From a virus, in IMG/VR virus record IMGVR_UViG_3300008263_000022, positions 1 to 64,000 of that record: a DNA stretch of 64,000 bases; one strand, given 5' to 3'. The notes beneath the pieces were generated by a model that saw only the letters and a list, made by a program, of their open reading frames with translations, made no database searches and was not told the DNA's origin. Shown in pieces: positions 58,481 to 64,000 of this stretch (positions are counted from its first letter, which is position 1; each line of letters opens with the position of its first letter). The position numbers were made by a program, and so were the translations under genes.

Positions 58481-58706
58481 CTAAGCGTTAAATGAAGAAC
58501 CACATCCACAAGTAGATTTGGCATTTGGGTTACTAATTACAAATTGTGAGTTGAATTTTTCTTCTTTATAGTCTAGTGTTGCACCTTGAAGATATTGAGA
58601 TGATATCATATCAACAATTACTTTGACACCTTCATTTTCAAATACAAAATCATCTTCTGCAATTTCTACGAACTTTATTAATTGCACTTGCAGTTATCGT
58701 TAACAT
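58481..58706 (-). pseudogene. iscA: A-type Fe-S carrier (IscA/ErpA/HesB), internal segment missing
   Basis: [13 protein letters not shown], then a frame shift to EIAEDD...[14 protein letters not shown]; the GGCSG segment is absent. Confidence 0.8.
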
Positions 58707-59082
58707 TTTTTCCTTTGTAATTGTTTATTGCTGCCTTAATAGCGTCTTCCGCAAGGATTGAACAATGAATCTTAACTGGCGGAAGGGCTAGCTCTTCGGC
58801 AATTTTGGAGTTTTTGATTGCTCCTGCTTGGTCGAGAGTTTTTCCTTTGACCCATTCCGTGACGAGCGAACTACTTGCAATAGCCGATCCGCAGCCATAC
58901 GTTTTAAATTTTGCATCTGTAATAATACCTGTATCATGGTCAACCTTTATTTGTAATTTCATTACATCACCACAAGCTGGTGCACCAACCATACCAGTAC
59001 CAACATTAATGTCGGCCGAGTCCAATTTACCCACATTGCGTGGGTTTTCATAGTGGTCTATAACTTTATCTGAGTATGCCAT
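58678..59082 (-). CDS. iscU: Fe-S cluster scaffold protein
   Basis: [41 protein letters not shown]. Confidence 0.95.
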   Translation of the reverse strand: MAYSDKVIDHYENPRNVGKLDSADINVGTGMVGAPACGDVMKLQIKVDHDTGIITDAKFKTYGCGSAIASSSLVTEWVKGKTLDQAGAIKNSKIAEELALPPVKIHCSILAEDAIKAAINNYKGKNVNDNCKCN

Positions 59083-59397
59083 TTATTATTTATGTTGTTT
59101 TTCTATACGTTTAAATTCTTCATCTTCAGCAATTGCATCATCAATATCTTTTGGTTCAGGAGGTTGTGCACCAGTGCATGAACCTCCATTATTAAACCAT
59201 AACTCTAAAGCTTGTTGACGATACTTCTCTAAATCGGATGTCATCTACCTCTACCTGCCTTTCGCATTACAGTCATCTTAGGAACAAATGTTTGTTTTGG
59301 TTTTGGTGTTGATGGAGTTTTTGGTTTAGGAATAGTGTGAATCTCAATTGGTGGAACTCCACCTTTGGTTTTTGGTTGTGTCATAATATCTCCTTAT

Positions 59398-59472
59398 TGG
59401 TTGCGGGGGAAGGAATCGAACCTACGGCCCCTGGATTATGAGTCCAATGCTCTACCTCTGAGCTACCCCGCT
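59398..59472 (-). tRNA. tRNA-Met(CAT), initiator-like
   Basis: Anticodon CAT, 1:72 mismatch (A/A), CCA end. Confidence 0.85.
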
Positions 59473-59562
59473 ATAATTATATATATCAAAAACTAAAATT
59501 ACTTTTTTGAATCTTGAGAATGGCAAAAAAATTTTCGGAGGCTCCGAACATCCAACCATTTT

Positions 59563-60276
59563 TCAAAATATTATGGTAAAATCTTCTCTTTCTGGACAAT
59601 TTGGCATGTCTAAAGAATTTGGAAAATTAATATGTTTTTTTAATTTTATATTATCTGATGAAGTAAAAGACAATTCAACAACTGAAGGTATATATTGATT
59701 TTCATCAATTTGTATATAAGAATAATTGTTTATATGTACATGAACTAATTTTTGATCCAATTTACTAATAAAATTAGCCATTTCATTCAAGTTAAAATTA
59801 TCTTGTATATCATGAAATTCAATCACAATACCAGAAAACAATTTTGTGTGTGTGAGTATATTGTCTAAAATCTTATATTCAGAACCTTCAATATCACACT
59901 TTAAAAAAATATTTTTACCTTTATTTTCTAAAACAGATTCAAAAGTGATTTCATCGGATGTATTATTTTTACCTATGTTTTTCGTTATGTGTTGTTTTGT
60001 ACCAGTAAAAAATTCTTTATGAGATTCATATAATCCTTTATCTTTTAACATAACATCATTTACGGAATTATCATAACCAAATAAAGGACAATCTTTAATT
60101 TTAAGAAATTGATCCTCAAAAGACCAGTCATCATTGATGCCAAAGGATAATAAACATTCACTTTTCAATATATCATTTTTATTTAAAAGATAACCACCAT
60201 CGTTATTTTTACCAACTCTAACAAGGTCGGAACAGTAATAAGGCTGTAGTAATCTAGGAAGTGTTATTGTTTTCAT
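59563..60276 (-). CDS. FkbM-like methyltransferase
   Basis: DGGY, SFGINDDWSFE, KCDIEGSEY, IEFH, HINN. Confidence 0.8.
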   Translation of the reverse strand: MKTITLPRLLQPYYCSDLVRVGKNNDGGYLLNKNDILKSECLLSFGINDDWSFEDQFLKIKDCPLFGYDNSVNDVMLKDKGLYESHKEFFTGTKQHITKNIGKNNTSDEITFESVLENKGKNIFLKCDIEGSEYKILDNILTHTKLFSGIVIEFHDIQDNFNLNEMANFISKLDQKLVHVHINNYSYIQIDENQYIPSVVELSFTSSDNIKLKKHINFPNSLDMPNCPEREDFTIIF

Positions 60277-60277
60277 A

Positions 60278-60991
60278 TTACCATTCACCAGACCAATGTT
60301 TTATATTGGCCTCAGCATAAAATTGTTTTTTTAATTTTTCCCAATCCATGTCACCATCACCTTTATAAATTATTGTATCGTGTGGTGGATGTTCTTTGTA
60401 TGTTTTAATAAACGGAATTTGTTCCATATATTTACGCATCTCAGCAAACTTTTCGACACCAGGATCCGTGTTAATCATTTCACCAAATAATACTGTTGTT
60501 ACGGCGTGCATGTATGTTTGTGGACCTAAAAAGAAAACATTCTTATGTCCTTCATACCGCCTCTGTAATATCAATTCAATTGTTTTTGCTTGAATTGGAT
60601 TTTTAGGTTCAGTCAACATAAAGTCTTGTGAGAAATCCCATTCTAAACAAGTTGGTAACACACACTTTATACCATCTGTTATAATTTCTGAGAATGGTAT
60701 ATTACAAAAACGGTCAATGTCCATGTAAAGACCACCTTCATTATATAATTTAAAGAGCCTCCATAGATCAGTTTTTTCAACTATATGTATATCTTTAATT
60801 AAATTATAATCTCTTTTATTTAAAACATTTTTTAGATATTCATCTACATCATTATCATCATGTACTGTAACAGTCCAGTCAGGATTCAAATCAATTAGTT
60901 TGCGCAAACCATTGACAATGAGTGGTGATTTACTGTCGACCACATCTTTAGTCTTCCAAGCAACGTGTGCAATTTTAGGTATGGAACTCAT
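60278..60991 (-). CDS. GT32-like DXD glycosyltransferase
   Basis: IPKIAH, DLWRL..LYNEGGLYMDID, GP. Confidence 0.85.
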   Translation of the reverse strand: MSSIPKIAHVAWKTKDVVDSKSPLIVNGLRKLIDLNPDWTVTVHDDNDVDEYLKNVLNKRDYNLIKDIHIVEKTDLWRLFKLYNEGGLYMDIDRFCNIPFSEIITDGIKCVLPTCLEWDFSQDFMLTEPKNPIQAKTIELILQRRYEGHKNVFFLGPQTYMHAVTTVLFGEMINTDPGVEKFAEMRKYMEQIPFIKTYKEHPPHDTIIYKGDGDMDWEKLKKQFYAEANIKHWSGEW

Positions 60992-60999
60992 TATAAATA
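60992..60999 (+). promoter_or_regulatory. T4-type late promoter
   Basis: TATAAATA 5 bp before the J-domain ATG. Confidence 0.6.
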
Positions 61000-61004
61000 C
61001 ATGT

Positions 61005-61616
61005 ATGAATAAAAATCTATATGATATCTTAGGCGTTTCTAAAAATGCAACATTTGAAGAAATTAAAGCCAAATACAAATCTCTTGCTCAACAACATCAT
61101 CCAGATAAAGGTGGCGATCCTGAAATATTCAAGGAAATAAAAAACGCCTATGAAGTTTTAAGTGATCCTGTTAACAGGAAAAAATACGACACCACAGGCC
61201 ACTACGAATCTGGTACAAGTCTCCGTGATCAAGCTCTAGAACAACTTAGTCGGTTATTTTTCAATTTACTTTCGAACATTAATCCTGATCTTGATGATTT
61301 AATACTAATTATGAAAAATGAAAGCAGACGAGAAAAAGAAAACATTAATGGTAATATCAATGCTTGTAATGCACAAATGTTTAAATTAAAAAAAATAATC
61401 AATAAAATTAAAAAGAAAAAAGATGATGGTGAAAATTTGTTAAAAATGTTTGCTGAAAACAAATTAAAAATGCATCAAAATGAGTTACAAAATTTTGTTA
61501 GGCAAATACAAATAGTTGATAGTGTAATTGAAATACTGGAAGAATACCAATATGGTGATGTGTCAATTTTACTCGAATCATTTGTAAATCCTGAATCTGT
61601 TCCTCATAACAATTAA
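61005..61616 (+). CDS. J-domain (DnaJ-like) co-chaperone with coiled coil
   Basis: YDILGV...HPDKGGD...AYEVLSD...YD. Confidence 0.9.
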   Translation: MNKNLYDILGVSKNATFEEIKAKYKSLAQQHHPDKGGDPEIFKEIKNAYEVLSDPVNRKKYDTTGHYESGTSLRDQALEQLSRLFFNLLSNINPDLDDLILIMKNESRREKENINGNINACNAQMFKLKKIINKIKKKKDDGENLLKMFAENKLKMHQNELQNFVRQIQIVDSVIEILEEYQYGDVSILLESFVNPESVPHNN

Positions 61617-61692
61617 TGGTGCCCCAACCATGACTCGAACACGGGACCTACTGATTACAAATCAGTTGCTCTACCAACTGAGCTATTAGGGC
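61617..61692 (-). tRNA. tRNA-Thr(TGT)
   Basis: gccctaatagctcagttggtagagcaactgattTGTaatcag...gttcgagtc...ggcacca. Confidence 0.92.
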
Positions 61693-61743
61693 TCTTTTTT
61701 GCAACTGCCATGACAACTGCCATGATATAGTCCTTAAAGAATT

Positions 61744-61813
61744 TGGAGCGGTGGTCTAGATTCGCACTAGATGAGTAAGTTGGACACCTACTCTGGTTCT
61801 ATACCCCGACCGC
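61744..61813 (-). tRNA. atypical tRNA-Gly-like RNA (70 nt)
   Basis: GCG...CGC-U73-CCA Gly acceptor identity; TGCGAAT T-loop; minimal D-arm; anticodon loop tgTCCaa. Confidence 0.6.
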
Positions 61814-61831
61814 ATATGTAATACTATAACA

Positions 61832-62368
61832 TTATATAGTGTGATTGTCAACACTTATTTGTGGTATATTTAACCATGCTATTGGTTCTGGCTTGAGTGG
61901 TGCATCCGGATTACGAATATCACTAAACACTTCCCACAATTTTTCTTTGATAGCAAATTTGGTAAACAATCCTGTTGATAATCCAAAAGCTTCAATTTCC
62001 CATGGCTCATCATAGTAATTTAAGTTTTCTGTAATTTTTTGGCCTCTCCAACGAGTGCCATATTCATTCATTTCATTATAGGCATATTGTTTAACATGAA
62101 TCATTTCATGTGCTAATGTTTCTAGTATATCATGTGAACCTATAACCGGATTCAATTCTATTTGAAATTCTCTAGGTTTATTGCTTTCGTTGTAGTTCAA
62201 TACATCAGCATAACCCAAAACATCAAGTTTAGAGTTAAATTTAATCCGAACACATATATTTTCTAACATCTTAGGTGTCATCAATTGTTCAGCATAAAAA
62301 ATAGCTGCACGTTTAACAAATGGTCGAAAACGTTTTTTATCGGGACATCCGATTATACTGAGTTGCAT
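61832..62368 (-). CDS. zinc metallopeptidase-like protein (HExxH)
   Basis: TLAHEMIHVKQY, PWEIEA. Confidence 0.8.
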   Translation of the reverse strand: MQLSIIGCPDKKRFRPFVKRAAIFYAEQLMTPKMLENICVRIKFNSKLDVLGYADVLNYNESNKPREFQIELNPVIGSHDILETLAHEMIHVKQYAYNEMNEYGTRWRGQKITENLNYYDEPWEIEAFGLSTGLFTKFAIKEKLWEVFSDIRNPDAPLKPEPIAWLNIPQISVDNHTI

Positions 62369-62422
62369 CTGAGGTTTCTCCTGTGAAAACCAACTAACAC
62401 TTCTCAAATATTTAGGTACTAT

Positions 62423-62869
62423 CTACTTTTCACCAGGTGAAATTTGTTCTACTGGTATACCACATTTATTTAAGAAGTCTATGCCGATGGTATCTCGATA
62501 CGAATTACGGTAATATACCTTTTTAATACCAGCGGTATAGACTTGTTTTGCACAATGAATACATGGAGCATGTGTCAGGAACATGGTGGAACCATCTCCA
62601 GATTCACTACTTTTGGCCAGTTTGGCGATGGCATTAGCTTCTGCATGGATGACTTCATCCTTGGTTTTGGTGATAGTTCCACCATCTTCTAGGTATTCTA
62701 CCACCTCTTCACATTCATTGGTCCAGCCTGCAGGCATGCCATTGTAACCAATTGATATAATCCTATCATCTTTGACGATAATAGCACCAACCTGTAATCG
62801 TTTTGCGGACGATAACTTGGCAAATCTTTCTGCCACATCCATATAAGCGTTAATAAATTTTTGTTTCAT
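62423..62869 (-). CDS. cd: dCMP deaminase
   Basis: GYNG, HAEANAI, PCIHC. Confidence 0.92.
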   Translation of the reverse strand: MKQKFINAYMDVAERFAKLSSAKRLQVGAIIVKDDRIISIGYNGMPAGWTNECEEVVEYLEDGGTITKTKDEVIHAEANAIAKLAKSSESGDGSTMFLTHAPCIHCAKQVYTAGIKKVYYRNSYRDTIGIDFLNKCGIPVEQISPGEK

Positions 62870-62874
62870 AGTTT

Positions 62875-62951
62875 TGGTGGGCCTTGTAGGACTCGAACCT
62901 ACGACCAAAGGATTATGAGTCCTCTGCTCTAACCAACTGAGCTAAAGGCCC
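62875..62951 (-). tRNA. tRNA-Ile2(CAT), lysidine type, or elongator Met
   Basis: gggcctttagctcagttggttagagc...ctCATaa...ggcccacca; acceptor stem resembles Ile2. Confidence 0.85.
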
Positions 62952-63127
62952 CTTTGGTTACCAACTCCCGTCATCAATCCATACACGAATTGTTATTGGT
63001 AAAAATTCAATAATATAAGAAGTTGTTACTTCCCAAGCATCATTCTCACTACCTTTACTAAAATCAATTCTCCAATGAAATGGATTTAATTTTAGTGTAA
63101 TATTACATCCAGAATATTTTAACCAAT

Positions 63128-63358
63128 TCATTTTAAAATTTCTGCAATAGGTTCATTAATGTTAAATTGACTACGGATATATTTGTCTTTTAACATTTCT
63201 GGAATAATTGTATGTGGTTCTTCTAACATAAACGGACAAGGACCTCCCCATTTATTATGGGCCAAAAACGATTTAAATATTTCCAAATCTTTTTTATCTT
63301 TTGGATCAAAAGTTCTTTTTTGATTTTTCGTCAATTGGTAATTTGTAAGAATTGTCAT
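63128..63358 (-). CDS. hypothetical protein
   Basis: FDP...WGGPCPFMLEEP pattern. Confidence 0.65.
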   Translation of the reverse strand: MTILTNYQLTKNQKRTFDPKDKKDLEIFKSFLAHNKWGGPCPFMLEEPHTIIPEMLKDKYIRSQFNINEPIAEILK

Positions 63359-63588
63359 TTTACATATTCCATACTATCTTTTTTCATATAATGAACTATC
63401 TGATTCTTTTTTGAATCAGGTACTTCTCTAACAACAGCAATAAATTTTTCGCCATCGATTTCTTCGATTGGCCAATTGGAATATGTATAGAAGATATCCG
63501 TACCATTTCTAGCACGAACTTTTTTGAGAATTGATTTCACTTTTTTCATAATATGTACCATTATAACATAGAATAGGGGGTCTGTCAA
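63355..63588 (-). CDS. hypothetical protein
   Basis: Probable start MKKVKS; sigma70-like promoter at 63558-63588. Confidence 0.55.
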   Translation of the reverse strand: MTDPLFYVIMVHIMKKVKSILKKVRARNGTDIFYTYSNWPIEEIDGEKFIAVVREVPDSKKNQIVHYMKKDSMEYVK

Positions 63589-63665
63589 GAGCCCCCTACA
63601 TGTTTACCGACTTTTTGGATAATTCAACTGATCCCATTCCTCATCGGTTACGGGCCACCAGTTCA

Positions 63666-64000
63666 TCATATACTCTTTTCTTTGATGGTAATTCTTTTAA
63701 TGGTGTCTTGAGCCTGCACAAGGTTTTCTAACCACACACGCAACATACCATTTACCATTTCGGCTTGACCGATTTCAATCTTGTCAGCCAATGTAAATGA
63801 ACGTGAAAAATTACGATTAGCGATTCCTTTAAAGAGGAAATTTTCTTCTTCTTTAAGTTCATCTTCTTTTGCAGAGCCTTTGATGACCAATTTATTACCT
63901 TCAAGAGTTACTTCAATATCAGACTTGGCGAAACCAGCAACTGCCAATTCAATGACATACTTGTTTTTGCTTACTTGTTTGATATTGTATGGGGGATACG
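63666..64000 (-). CDS. hsp20: small heat-shock protein Hsp20 (5' end outside the window)
   Basis: YPPYNI, IELAVAGF, KGIANRNFSRSFTL, NGML. Confidence 0.92.
   Translation of the reverse strand, partial: YPPYNIKQVSKNKYVIELAVAGFAKSDIEVTLEGNKLVIKGSAKEDELKEEENFLFKGIANRNFSRSFTLADKIEIGQAEMVNGMLRVWLENLVQAQDTIKRITIKEKSI

Noticed and set aside
1-64000. Stop-codon reassignment (TAG or TGA recoding)
   Set aside because: Core genes are intact in code 11, TAG and TGA end normal genes, and no suppressor tRNA was seen. Only one in-frame TAG was noticed.

Overview
The window is a fragment of a large, AT-rich T4-like (Tevenvirinae/cyanomyovirus-type) phage genome, with almost all genes on the minus strand. 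The host is probably an aquatic Proteobacterium, inferred from the spanin-like genes and a proteobacterial-type IscU. Layout from the left: (1) about 1-14.8 kb, early-type small ORFs driven by repeated sigma70-like promoters with two kinds of palindromic operator, plus CobS-like ATPase, metallophosphoesterase, GP88-like protein and tRNA-Glu/Tyr; (2) a GC-rich non-coding repeat island at about 14.9-15.3 kb, a candidate terminus or origin; (3) GroES, MazG-like, CobT-like, RNase H, GIY-YIG nuclease, NrdAB, ThyX and primase; (4) a lysis/envelope module with GH19 endolysin, spanins, lipoproteins and a secreted SNase; (5) a late-promoter block of probable capsid-packaged proteins with T4-type capsid-targeting N-termini and EExEQxDE-linked polyproteins; (6) a sugar-modification cluster; (7) DUF4338-like protein, gp41, UvsX and gp43; (8) IscU/IscA, J-domain protein, dCMP deaminase, Hsp20 and more tRNAs, including an atypical tRNA-Gly-like RNA. 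At least seven genes, among them gp43 and gp41, appear to lack an internal segment. Collapsed assembly gaps are the most likely cause. All product calls come from motif recognition by eye; no database searches were run.
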